A stretch of DNA of 64,000 bases from Setoptus koraiensis (taxonomy: Eukaryota; Animalia; Arthropoda), in assembly GCA_048013815.1 (NCBI GenBank), contig CM106586.1, forward strand, positions 2,728,001-2,792,000, read 5' to 3'. Both the position numbers and the translations under genes were made by a program. Of this stretch, positions 12,186-22,235 are shown piece after piece (position 1 is the first letter of the stretch; each line of letters starts with the position of its first letter). The notes under the pieces were generated by a model that searched no databases, was not told the origin of the DNA, and saw only the letters and a program-made list of their open reading frames with translations.

Positions 12186-13301
12186 CAACTAGTGCTGGGC
12201 GTGAGTAGCACAGTTACGGTTAAACTGGGTGACAGAAGTTGCAACTGAATATGAATGATTACTACTCAAAGAAGGTTGCGTGTGATCTAAACATTAGATG
12301 AATATTATATCTGAGGGTAAGATGTTTACCAGATGAATCGAGCGTAGCAGGAGAATGGATGCAAACAATCGTTATTATTTACACAGGGAGATGATTTGTA
12401 GATAACTAAGATATTTAATAATTGGGCATAGTAGAATAGTATGGACAGATCCCAACGAGGAAAATAATTTGATAATGATGACGATGCGTAATGAAGACAT
12501 AGCGAAGAATGGAAAGAGAAACAGGAACAATTTCAAACAGATGAGATGCTTTGTGCAAGTTTTCACGAAATTCTAGGGGTGAGAACATATCCAGGAATCA
12601 CGATATTCACATGAACATGGGTGTTCGAAGATTTGTGATGCTGCGAAAACGGGGAATAAACTTTTGATCAAACTTGCACAGATTGACTAGTATTTCATTA
12701 GATATCTGTGCGAGTTTCCGCGAAAATTTAGTGGTGAGAACATGTTCAGAAATTACAATATTCACATGGACTGATTTCATCAAGGATCAGCCAGTCCGCG
12801 CATGTAGTGAATGATAGGACGAGTCAGTTCTAGCCTTCCCTCTACCAGTTATCCTCCAGTTTCTGGTCTGGTTTTCGAAAGACTAGTCCTTGCGGTTAGA
12901 ATCAGGACAAGATAGTCTCTCTAGTGAACAAAGACCTCAGCAGAAAAGGCAATTAAATATGTGTATGTGAATCTGTACAATGTGTGGTATGGCGCGCGCT
13001 TGTCGCGCCTAGCCGTGCTCCACATTGATGTAATGTTGTTGTGTGCGCATATACTCTTATGCGCTGTTGCATCGAGTGTCATGCACACAACAACATCACA
13101 TTCAAGGCATCTAAAAGGGAAGAGTTCTTTGAAAACTACACACATCAAATAAATGATCGACATATACTAAATATAGCACGAGCATGAGTTGTTGGTGAAT
13201 CAACAGAACCTTAATGATCAAGTCAAAGTGCTACAAATAATGACTCACCAACACTCTGCTCAGTTAGCCTGCTTAGTCCAATTTGATCAATGGTTGATTG
13301 A

Positions 13302-13495
13302 TGTTAAAGTATCTAAACATTACACATGTTAACTCTATGGAGATTTGAGTCTCTCGATTACCATGTTAAAGCATATAAACATTACACATGTTTACTCTAT
13401 GGAGATTTGAGTCTCTCAATTCCCGTGTTAAAGTATCTAAACATTACATATGTTAACCCTATGGAGATTTGAGTCTCTCAATTTCTTCGTTAAAG
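13302..13495 (+). repeat. 62-bp tandem minisatellite, ~3.1 copies
   Basis: Units start TGTTAAAG at 13302, 13364, 13426 (partial at 13489), core ACATTACACATGTTAACTCTATGGAGATTTGAGTCTCTC. Confidence 0.95.
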
Positions 13496-13511
13496 TTTTC
13501 AAGAAAAAAAA

Positions 13512-13940
13512 ATTGAAAAATTCATTCGAAAGCCACCAAATTCGCACTGTCGAACATTCTATCTAGTGTGCGATGATTGGCAATTTTATCTTGACAAACT
13601 TAGAAACTATGGCTGATTTTCGAAAATAAAATAGTGCATGAAAATGCGGATGCATCACAGCGATCAAGTATCGTTCAAATATAGATGCGAGTATGTGATA
13701 ACATGTCGGAGTTGAACATCTATGCCTGTCGAATCAGAGTAGCCGAAAAAATGACATAATAAATTCAAGTTCTTCAATTTCCTATCACAACGTGATACAC
13801 ATGTTGACCGACTACTCTGATCTGACAGGCATAGATGTTCATCTCTGACATGGTGTCACAAACTCGCATCCATATTCCAACGATACTCGTCTATCCAAAA
13901 AATTAAGCGCTCGAGATACTGACGGAATCAGTATCACTGA
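13512..13940 (+). mobile_element. Non-autonomous Helentron (HINE) 3' segment, copy B, with internal ~220-bp foldback
   Basis: Near-identical to 18365-18805. AGTATCGTT (13667) and AACGATACT (13879) bound ~90-bp imperfect inverted arms; ends with hairpin GATACTGA-CGGAA-TCAGTATC. Confidence 0.75.
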
Positions 13941-14144
13941 ACCGTTAATGCATATGAATCAAAGAACAGACCAGAGAGATTAGAGAGATTAATACTCAAG
14001 CTACCGGAGAATTTTGAGTTCACACTAGCCATATCTAACATCACCGATAACATTACAACAGAAGAATTACGGAAGAAACAATCCAAATGCCCAGACTATG
14101 TATTTTCTATACCGGACAGCGAGTCATTCTCCATAGGTGATTAA
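13941..14144 (+). pseudogene. Short env-like fragment
   Basis: Stop-free frame starting right at the Helentron end: ...KKQSKCPDYVFSIPDSESFSIGD*, matching KKCPPFVFSVKPE of the 15384-16184 ORF. Confidence 0.45.
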
Positions 14145-14602
14145 TATTACAGACACTGCCACTAACCTTATGACGAAGACTCGATTGGAGAGTACAGCTC
14201 CAGCCAGAATAAATCTCCAATCGGGTATATGTGGACTTCAGTTAGGTATTGAAAACGCAGTTCGTAACCTTTCCGCAGTGCCATAAGGAAAGGCTATGTC
14301 TACCATACATTCAAGCAGACTTCTGCCTCTGCGATCTGCCAGAAGCCGAATTCGAGGGAAACAGTCCCTCTGGAACCTTAAGTCTCGGGACTACAGCGCA
14401 ACAGTTAATGACCAAGGCCTCTTCTGTCCGCTGGATTTATCAAGACAGATATGCTCTAAAGGGAGTGGAGAAATGGTCGATTGTGTACCGCAACCACCGG
14501 TTGTGATTCGGCAAAGCCTATTGAATGCATTTTAGATCGAGGCAGACAACGTGTAACATTCCGTTTTTTAACCCCAACGTACGACACAAATACGAGGCTC
14601 GT

Positions 14603-15334
14603 TCATGCAAACTCAAACGAGACAATTCGCCTGATGCAAGATGGCTTGTTAAATAGATGTCCATGAGGCAGGATGATTTGAAATACAGTGGACGATACCA
14701 TAATGTAATAGAAATGCCCCTCTCTGTAAGCAATGATGCAGGAATATTGTTGATATCGGTCAGATGGGACCTTACCATTTTCCCACATCTTGAAGATTTT
14801 GCATCTAGACCCTTGGAGCCGTGACATATCAGGAAGAAATAAATCGTTCGTACAAGGATCGCCACGTGTCCTCTTTCCGCTGCCGAACCAACGAGGAGGT
14901 AGGAAACTGGTAACATCTTGCCTGTACTGAAACTTCTCGGGAGAAATCTGACAACCAACTACCAGGCTGAATCCTTCTAGAAGATGATTTATAGGATCTA
15001 TCGGGTTTCCTTGTATCTCGTTGAATCGAGCCGGATGCTTCTCGTAGTTGAAGTGATAGGGTTGAACATCATCCATGGAATTTTTAGATCGAGACGCTCC
15101 AGGCGAAGGATTGGGAGCTTCATCGCTGCTCTGGTCACTCTGCTCCTCAACATAAGAGTCAGAGGATACCTCGGCCTCCACGGCTTCCTTCTTCTTCCTT
15201 CCTTCAATATCAAAACCAGCCGTGCTCGCACGAGCTCGCTTTCTGGTCACTATATTAAGGCCACAATTTTTAATCACGCTAGCACCAGCTGGTTTGGTTT
15301 GTTGTTCCGCTCCTTCAACGATACTTGCCCACAC
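14603..15334 (-). CDS. Orphan ORF (243 codons; first ATG at 15076) inside the element cluster
   Basis: Basic/acidic low-complexity N-part (RKRAR, RKKK, acidic run) followed by a ~150-aa globular-looking region; family not recognised. Confidence 0.35.
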   Translation of the reverse strand: MWASIVEGAEQQTKPAGASVIKNCGLNIVTRKRARASTAGFDIEGRKKKEAVEAEVSSDSYVEEQSDQSSDEAPNPSPGASRSKNSMDDVQPYHFNYEKHPARFNEIQGNPIDPINHLLEGFSLVVGCQISPEKFQYRQDVTSFLPPRWFGSGKRTRGDPCTNDLFLPDMSRLQGSRCKIFKMWENGKVPSDRYQQYSCIIAYREGHFYYIMVSSTVFQIILPHGHLFNKPSCIRRIVSFEFA

Positions 15335-15380
15335 GAAAAATTAAGCTCTCGAAATACTGATTTGATCAGTATTACTTGTC
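15317..15380 (+). mobile_element. Helentron/DINE-1-like 3' terminus, copy C
   Basis: AACGATACTTGCCCACACGAAAAATTAAGCTCTCGAAATACTGATTTGATCAGTATTACTTGTC, nearly identical to copy A. Confidence 0.75.
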
Positions 15381-15383
15381 ATT

Positions 15384-16184
15384 TCATCTTGTTGGGTCTG
15401 TCGTAATACTTTCGGCTCTTGCCCTAGTAGTCGCCTTCGGACGCCTCGGTGCTTCTGCCACTCGTGGTGTTTCGGTTTGTATCGTCACCTCTTGCAACTC
15501 GACTGGTTCGTTGCGTTTTAGGCCGTTGTATTTCACCCATAGTATGATTATCACGGTCTCCACTGTCATTACGGTTGCTCCGATTACTTCTAAGATTGAC
15601 ATTGTACCTGACGGAGTGTCTTCATCGTGCAGCTTTGTAGTATCTGGTGCCAACCGAGTGGTTGCCGTTATATTGATGAGCTCGGATATTTTGACCATCA
15701 TTTTCACCGTATCCTCTAGGTGTGAGCTAACGCGTAACAAAGTCGTCCATTTGGGGTCGATGATGTCGTTCTCGTACTTGGTGTTGAATTGATTGGCAAC
15801 TGTCGCCCATGAATGGTGTTTGGTGGTCCATTCTAGCTCGGGTTTAACACTGAACACAAACGGCGGGCATTTCTTTTCTTGTCCATTTATTTTGATTGTC
15901 TTGCCCATACAATAGATATAGACCTTATTTTTGGTTGTTTTTACCTCCTTCTTTGGATCTTTATGATTGAGGTTGGGGTAGCATGCCATGTATTGCCATT
16001 GATCGAGTTTAGAGGAGTATCCTCTCTCGCTAAAATTGGCGTTTAAGTACGAGTCCACCGTCAATTCGGGCAGGGACGTTATGCAATTAGAGGATGAATT
16101 CACTAGTTTGTGAGTACTGCCTTTATAATTGCTTAAGCAAGGCCTTCCTGTGAGGAGGATCCGTTTTGGATAGATAATTGCCTG
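15384..16184 (-). pseudogene. C-terminal ~265 aa of a viral/retroelement envelope-like glycoprotein, 5'-truncated
   Basis: Frame open from 16184 to stop at 15384. Cys-spaced ectodomain (PCLSNY..NSSSNC..WQYMACYP..KEVK..VYIYCMGKTIKINGQEKKCPPFVFSV), several NxS/T sequons, stem, one TM segment (ILEVIGATVMTVETVIIILWVKY) and a basic cytoplasmic tail. Truncated where the Copia relic begins. Confidence 0.6.
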
Positions 16185-16985
16185 TTAGTCAAGGTGCTGC
16201 CGGATCTGTCACCAATCAGCTATCTGTGTTCGCTCCTATTGGAAATACACCTGTGATAAACTTGCAATTTGAAGCTATAGGAGCTATGGACCTCAATGAT
16301 TCTAATGGAGTGCAATCTCCAGTAGTTGAGCAACCAGTTCCAACGCAAACCATTGGTCAGTCGGTTTCTAGGCAACCTGTCGAGCCACCTGCTCCAGTAA
16401 TTGCTGCAAGTACAACTCAGAGTGACATACCTGCTCCTGCTGCAGCATCTCATGAGAAGAACAGGAGGCAGACAAAACCAACTAAGATGAAGAAGGTCAA
16501 AACATCCAACACTCTGTCTAATGAGTCTAACTGAAACTTAAGCACAAGCTATAAATTGTGAAGAAAGCTCAAGTTGGATAACTGCAATTAATGAAGAAAT
16601 CCGATCTTTAGAAGACAACCAAACTTGGCTCCATAACTGAGTTGCCACACGGTTGGAAGTCCATTAGCACTCGCTGGATATTCAAACGTGAAACTCTGCC
16701 TGGCGGATAACTCGACAGATTCACGGCGCGATTAGTAGCGCGTGGATCTGGCCAACGCTATTTAATAGACTTCTCAGAAACCTACTCTCCCGTAGTAAGA
16801 CATGACACTATTCGTTTATTCTTCGCCATCGTGGTATTTTTCGGCTTAGACCTACTAGAATTTGATATAACTACGGCTTTTCTAAATGAGGAATTGAGTG
16901 ACGAGATATATTCATTACCGCCCGAAGGCAAACAATGTCCCAAAAATAAAGTATTGAAACTGCGTCGAGCAAATGGACTGAAACC
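16178..16985 (+). pseudogene. Ty1/Copia pol relic (integrase-RT linker plus RT N-half)
   Basis: ET*AQAINC..WITAINEEIRSLEDNQTW / LPHGWKSISTRWIFKR..RFTARLVARG..Q..IDFSETYSPVVRHDTIRLFFAI..FDITTAFLN..L..EIY..PPEG..KVLKLRRA.GLK: classic RVT_2 motifs with a frameshift and stops. Confidence 0.95.
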
Positions 16986-17095
16986 AACAACCAACCAACC
17001 ATCCAACAAACGGCGCACAGAATAACATGCATTTTCCCATAGAGTGTGGCGCCCCCTGAGCACCAGAGAAACCAGAATATCCCGCGAACCAGGAA

Positions 17096-17290
17096 AACAA
17101 GTAACACTGATTCTATCAGTATCTCGAGCGCTTAATTTTTTGGATAGACGAGTATCGTTGGAATATAGATGCGAGTATGTGACAACATGTCGGAGATAAT
17201 ATCTAAGCCTGCCAAATCAGAGTAGCCGAAAAGATGACAGAATAAATACAAGTTCTCCAAATTTCTATCGCAGCATGATACACATGTTGA
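17096..17290 (-). mobile_element. Helentron/HINE 3' terminus, copy D, opposite orientation
   Basis: AACAAG-TAACACTGATTCTATCAGTATC-TCGAGCGCTTAATTTTTTGGATAGACGAGTATCGTT followed by one arm of the foldback seen in copies B and E. Confidence 0.75.
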
Positions 17291-17384
17291 TTTCTTGCGT
17301 ACGATTCTAATAGTAATCCGCAATGAGTAATTAAGTTAGACACACCAATTAGTCAATGGCGCACACTTTGATATAGTGGATCAA

Positions 17385-18135
17385 TTTTGAATCTCGAAGT
17401 TCGAGATGTGACCATCGATCTCCGAATTATTACCACCAAACTTCGGAATGTGACAATCGAACATTGACCACGGAACTCTGACCATCGAACTCCGACAGAG
17501 CAGCTGAAAATCTCATCAGGGATTCGAATTTTCAATTTAGAATTTCGAACTTCGAAATGTGACCATCGAACTTCGAATTGTCGCCACCGAACTTCGAATT
17601 GTGACCATCGAACTCTGTACAAGCACCTGAAACTAGTATCGGAAATCCGAATTTTCAATTTCCGAATTTCGAAGTTCGAATTGTGACCACCGAACTCTGA
17701 CCACCGAACACTGAACCACAAACATTGACGGAGCAGATGGAACTATCATCAGAAATTCAAATTTTCGAATTTCGAAGTTCGAAGTTCGATTTGCTACCAT
17801 CGAACTCTGACCGTCGAACATCGAACGAGCAGATGAAACTGTCAACAGAAATTCGAATTTTCAATTTTCAATTTCGAAGTTCGAAATTCGAATTGACACC
17901 ATCGAACTCTGACCACGGAACTCTGACCATCGAACTTCGACGAAGCAGCTGAAACTATCATCAGAAAATCGAATTTTCAATTTCGAATTTCGAAGTTCGA
18001 AGTTCGAAATGTGACCACCGAACTCTGACCATGAAACTAAGAACACTGAACCACTAACTTCGAACTAGCAGCTGAAACTCCCATTAGAAATTCGAATTTT
18101 CAATTTTGAAGTTCGATTTGTCACCACCGAACTCC
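17385..18135. repeat. TTCGAA-rich complex tandem repeat (higher-order unit roughly 120 bp)
   Basis: Recurrent blocks GCAGCTGAAA/GCAGATGAAA...CAGAAATTCGAATTTTCAATTT...CGAAGTTCGAA...GTGACCATCGAACTCTGACC. Confidence 0.9.
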
Positions 18136-18364
18136 TCACAAATTCGACCTAGTCAAATCTACATAAGATCGCATACGAAATATTTTCGAGTGAAGCGATA
18201 ATAGACCAAGTCGAATCTACATAGGAATACATGTGCAATCTCTAGTAGGAATCTCACAAATTTGACTAAGTCAAACCTCCATAGGATTACATAGTCACGT
18301 GAATAAACGTATCTGCCAGAACCACATCAATAGCAGCTTAATTAAAATTAAGCGCCAAAAAAAG

Positions 18365-18805
18365 ATTGGAAAATTCATTCGAAAGCCACCAAATTCGCAC
18401 TGTCGAACAGTCTATCTATGGCTATCTAGTGTGCGAAAATTGGCAATTTTATCTTGACAAACTTGGAAACTATGGCTGATTTTCGAAAATAAAATAGTGC
18501 ATGAAAATGCGGATGCATCATAGCGATCAAGTATCGTTCAAATATAGATGCGAGTATGTGATAACATGTCGGAGTTGAACATCTATGCCTGTCGAATCAG
18601 AGTAGCCGAAAAGATGACATAATAAATACAAGTTCTTCAAATTCCTATCACAACGTGATACACATGTTGACCGACTACTCTGATCTGACAGGCATAGATG
18701 TTCATCTCTGACATGGTGTCACAAACTCGCATCCATATTCCAACGATACTCGTCTATCCAAAAAATTAAGCGCTCGAGATACTGACGGAATCAGTATCAC
18801 TTGTT
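18365..18805 (+). mobile_element. Non-autonomous Helentron (HINE) 3' segment, copy E
   Basis: ~435-bp direct repeat of 13512-13940, ending GATACTGACGGAATCAGTATCACTTGTT. Confidence 0.75.
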
Positions 18806-19102
18806 CAAGTTAATGATTCAAGATGTGGAGATAGTTTCTTGCGAAGTAATGAGTGGCAGACATCAAAAATTGATTAGACTTGCACAGATTGTGAATGGCA
18901 CTGTGCTAGCTGTCTTCAGAAAGTCTCAAGAACTTATTCTGGTGAGAACAGTTTCAAAAATGCCACGTACTGTATGGGCATATCTTACCAGATATCACAT
19001 ACATTATATGAGCTCACATGATCCAGAATGGCCTATAGAACCAATACTAGAAACACAAAATTGATTAGACTTGCACATATTGTGTATGGCACAGCCCTAC
19101 AT

Positions 19103-19540
19103 TAGTGATGTTAGCTGAGCTGAGCTGAGGCTGATTCTTCAGCTCTCAAATTCAGCTCAGCTCAGCTGAGTCACCTGAGCTGAACAGTACTCAGCTCAGC
19201 TATCCAGCAGAGCTGAGCAGTACTCAGCTGTGCCAGAGAGCTGAGCTGAACAGTATTCAGCTCTGCTGCATAGCTGAGCTGAGCTGAGCTGAGCTGAGCT
19301 GAGCTGAGCTGAGCTGAGCTGAGCTGAACTGAGCTGAGCTGAGCTGAGCTGAGTTGAGCTGAGTTGAGCTGAGCGTAGAGATAGAAAATTCACGTGTTAA
19401 TCGACCTCTATATAGCAAATCCTATCTCTACGCTCAGCTCAGCTCAGCTATCCAGCAGAGCTGGATACTGTTCAGCTCAGCTCTTTGGCACAGCTGAGTA
19501 CTGCTCAGCCTAGCTCCAGAGCTGAGCTGAGTACTGCTCA
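19103..19540. repeat. (GCTGA)n/(TCAGC)n pentanucleotide foldback
   Basis: Long AGCTG run at ~19270-19373; inverted arms GCTGAGCGTAGAGATAG (to 19384) / CTATCTCTACGCTCAGC (from 19422). Confidence 0.85.
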
Positions 19541-20039
19541 GGTGGACGAACTTTCGAGTCTCGAGCTTGAGTGTACCTCCCACCTCCCAAGAACATTCCA
19601 GCCTACACTCACTTAGCAATGATAATACTAGTGCTAATGTTTGCAAGCACACAGCGCTCGACTCTAGAGATCGGAAACTGTGAATATCCACAAATAAATC
19701 GGTACGTGAATATTCACTGGCATACAAAGTCTGACTATTCACAAGCACACAGCGCGTGAATCACCATAGCACAATTGGTAAATATCCTGTGAAATCCACC
19801 ATCATACCGTGTGTGGATATTTGTGCGTGATCTTCAGGATCGCGTAATTTATTCATCTTTTTCCGATGCTCCTCCTGGACAGCCGATTTGTGCACAAAAC
19901 CAGCGGTGGACAATCTCGTTGTTCTTGTTCGCTTCATATCCATCTAATTTTTTTGTGTGGACGAGTATCGTTGGAAGATTCGGAGGAGTTTATGACTACC
20001 GTGGCTGTAGCTTTCTGTGTGCTGAGGAAGTGGAGTGAC

Positions 20040-20503
20040 TTAAGTCTCAATCAAGCTGAAGCTTACTGTGTATGGTGGAAGTTGATTTAATTTGCCAACG
20101 CAAATTACAGATATACCACCGAACGGTAATGGATTTTCCATGATTTGTTTCAATCTTTCATCAACCTGTTTAAACAAATTGAGTCCCACCATCGAAATTT
20201 CATCGATTATCAGTACTCTCAATTTTGAGAATCGAACCTGAAAATCCTGTAAGGTGGAAGAATTCAAAGGTATCAATTTCTCACGATTCCTCTTATTTTG
20301 ATTAACAGGAAACCTGAAAAGACTATGAAGAGTGTTTCCAGAAACGTTGTACGCGGCCTTTCCCGTGAATGCGCAAGTTATAACAGTTAAATCATCAGTG
20401 TCAAATTCAAAATTTTGTCCAATTAACCTCATTCCTGTTAATTGTATAGTTCTAAATTTATCTAGTTTATTTCTCACAGTACAGCTTTCACCGTGCTATT
20501 TTT
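20040..20503 (-). pseudogene. PIF1-family (SF1B) helicase fragment of a Helitron/Helentron RepHel
   Basis: ITCAFTGKAAYNVSGNTLHSLF (motif Ia), LRVLIIDEISMV (motif II), PFGGISVICVGKLNQLPP (motif III with a D-to-K change); runs into the gap; a hairpin-less copy of the sub-terminal motif lies just downstream on the same strand at ~19950-19980. Confidence 0.9.
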
Positions 20504-21003
20504 NNNNNNNNNNNNNNNNNNNNNNNNNNNNNNNNNNNNNNNNNNNNNNNNNNNNNNNNNNNNNNNNNNNNNNNNNNNNNNNNNNNNNNNNNNNNNNNNN
20601 NNNNNNNNNNNNNNNNNNNNNNNNNNNNNNNNNNNNNNNNNNNNNNNNNNNNNNNNNNNNNNNNNNNNNNNNNNNNNNNNNNNNNNNNNNNNNNNNNNNN
20701 NNNNNNNNNNNNNNNNNNNNNNNNNNNNNNNNNNNNNNNNNNNNNNNNNNNNNNNNNNNNNNNNNNNNNNNNNNNNNNNNNNNNNNNNNNNNNNNNNNNN
20801 NNNNNNNNNNNNNNNNNNNNNNNNNNNNNNNNNNNNNNNNNNNNNNNNNNNNNNNNNNNNNNNNNNNNNNNNNNNNNNNNNNNNNNNNNNNNNNNNNNNN
20901 NNNNNNNNNNNNNNNNNNNNNNNNNNNNNNNNNNNNNNNNNNNNNNNNNNNNNNNNNNNNNNNNNNNNNNNNNNNNNNNNNNNNNNNNNNNNNNNNNNNN
21001 NNN
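20504..21003. other. Assembly gap (500 N)
   Basis: Uninterrupted run of N; round length suggests a placeholder. Confidence 1.
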
Positions 21004-22112
21004 CTAGACAAGGCGCGCAAAAACAACTCTGCCAGCGCGCAAGGAAGAAAACTAAATTGGTGGAACCAAAGAGTCTAGAAGATCTCGTTATTCCAGAAGA
21101 AATCAGTGAAAATATAGGAGGCGGCCAATGCGTAATCGCAGACGTAACCGAGGGCAAGGATAGAATTATTATCTTCAGTTCGCCAGTGATGCTCGAACAC
21201 TTGAGCAAAACCAAAATCGTGATCATGGATGGAACCTTCTACTCTGCACCTTCGCTGTTTTACCAAATTTATTCGTTGTTTGGCCTCGCCGGGATTGGCT
21301 CAGCGAAAAAGGCTTTCCCCATGGCTTACGTACTCATGACAGCTAAGACGACGAAACTCTACCGCTTAGTATTCCAACAACTGAAGAGCCACTTTATCAC
21401 ATTTGATTTGCTATTCGAACCAAGTTATTTTCTAACAGACTTTGAGCGGGCAGCAGTGAAAGCTTGCAGCGTTGAGTTTCCGGCAGCGGAAACTCATGGC
21501 TGTTTGTTTCACTTTGGCCAAATAGTGTTTAGAGCAATTACCAGCCATGGTTTGAAGGTGAGATACGGACGTGATGAGGAGTTCAACGCGCAGGTGAGAG
21601 AACTAATTGCATTGGCCTTTCTGGAACCGGATGAAATACCGGAAGCATTCGAAGAAATTGTGCTGTGGATGGGCGACGAGCCTAATGTATCTGCATTCGT
21701 CGACTGGTTTCGAAGTAACTACATCGATAATACCTCGGATAATACAGCAACACAAAGCCAGGTTAGTTCAAGTAAATTCACACAAGAATTTTGGTCGATC
21801 CGTAGTCTGGTTGAAGAACACCTCCCCAGGACCCAGAACTCGGTCGAAGCCTGGCACCGTCGTTTCAACGAATTGGTGGGTAATGCACACCCAGGTGTGT
21901 TACGATTGATGACGATATTACGAGAGGAAATTCATTTTCAGATGGGTCTCATCGATCGAGCAATGAGGGACGAGAGAGGTGATTACACAGGAAAACAATT
22001 CGAAGCAAGAGAAAATGCCATACTGGCGATTGTAAGATCAAGAGACCAAATGACCAGAGCCCAATATCTGACATCCTTGGCAAACAAGATTAAGGGCCTC
22101 ATCGATATTTAA
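21004..22112 (+). mobile_element. MULE (Mutator-like) DDE transposase, C-terminal ~369 aa; N-terminus lost in the gap
   Basis: IVIMDGTFYSAPSLFYQIYS, FPMAYVLM, FLTDFERA, HGCLFHFGQ (CxxH), PRTQNSVEAWHRRFN; no stops in the sequenced part. Confidence 0.95.
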
Positions 22113-22235
22113 TTCAGGACAGAGATCATGTATCATCATCCTAATCATGTCATTCTTATTAATCATCAATAAAGCTGAACAATATCACTAAAAAATCCAT
22201 TGAGATCCCATATTAGTTTGCCCGTTAACTTGCAG

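Noticed and set aside
9616-18805. Recurring ~65-bp hairpin repeat separated by unique DNA, superficially CRISPR-like
   Set aside because: Spacing is kilobases and irregular, one copy is inverted, the host is eukaryotic and there are no cas genes; Helentron termini explain it.
13512-18805. 435-bp direct repeats as LTRs of a retrotransposon enclosing env and Copia RT
   Set aside because: No TG...CA ends, PBS or PPT; the repeats end in a Helentron-type hairpin + CTTGTT, and the enclosed ORFs are fragmentary and in mixed orientation.
20332-22112. Long ORFs 20332..21078, 20474..21226, 20493..22112 and 20496..21026 spanning the N run
   Set aside because: Artefacts of translating through the 500-N gap; a helicase-MULE fusion cannot be inferred, and the two are on opposite strands.
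19091-22190. TAGTGATG (19091) and ATATCACTA (22182) as TIRs of one large hAT element
   Set aside because: Similarity is only ~8 bp and the flanking 8-mers differ, so there is no TSD.
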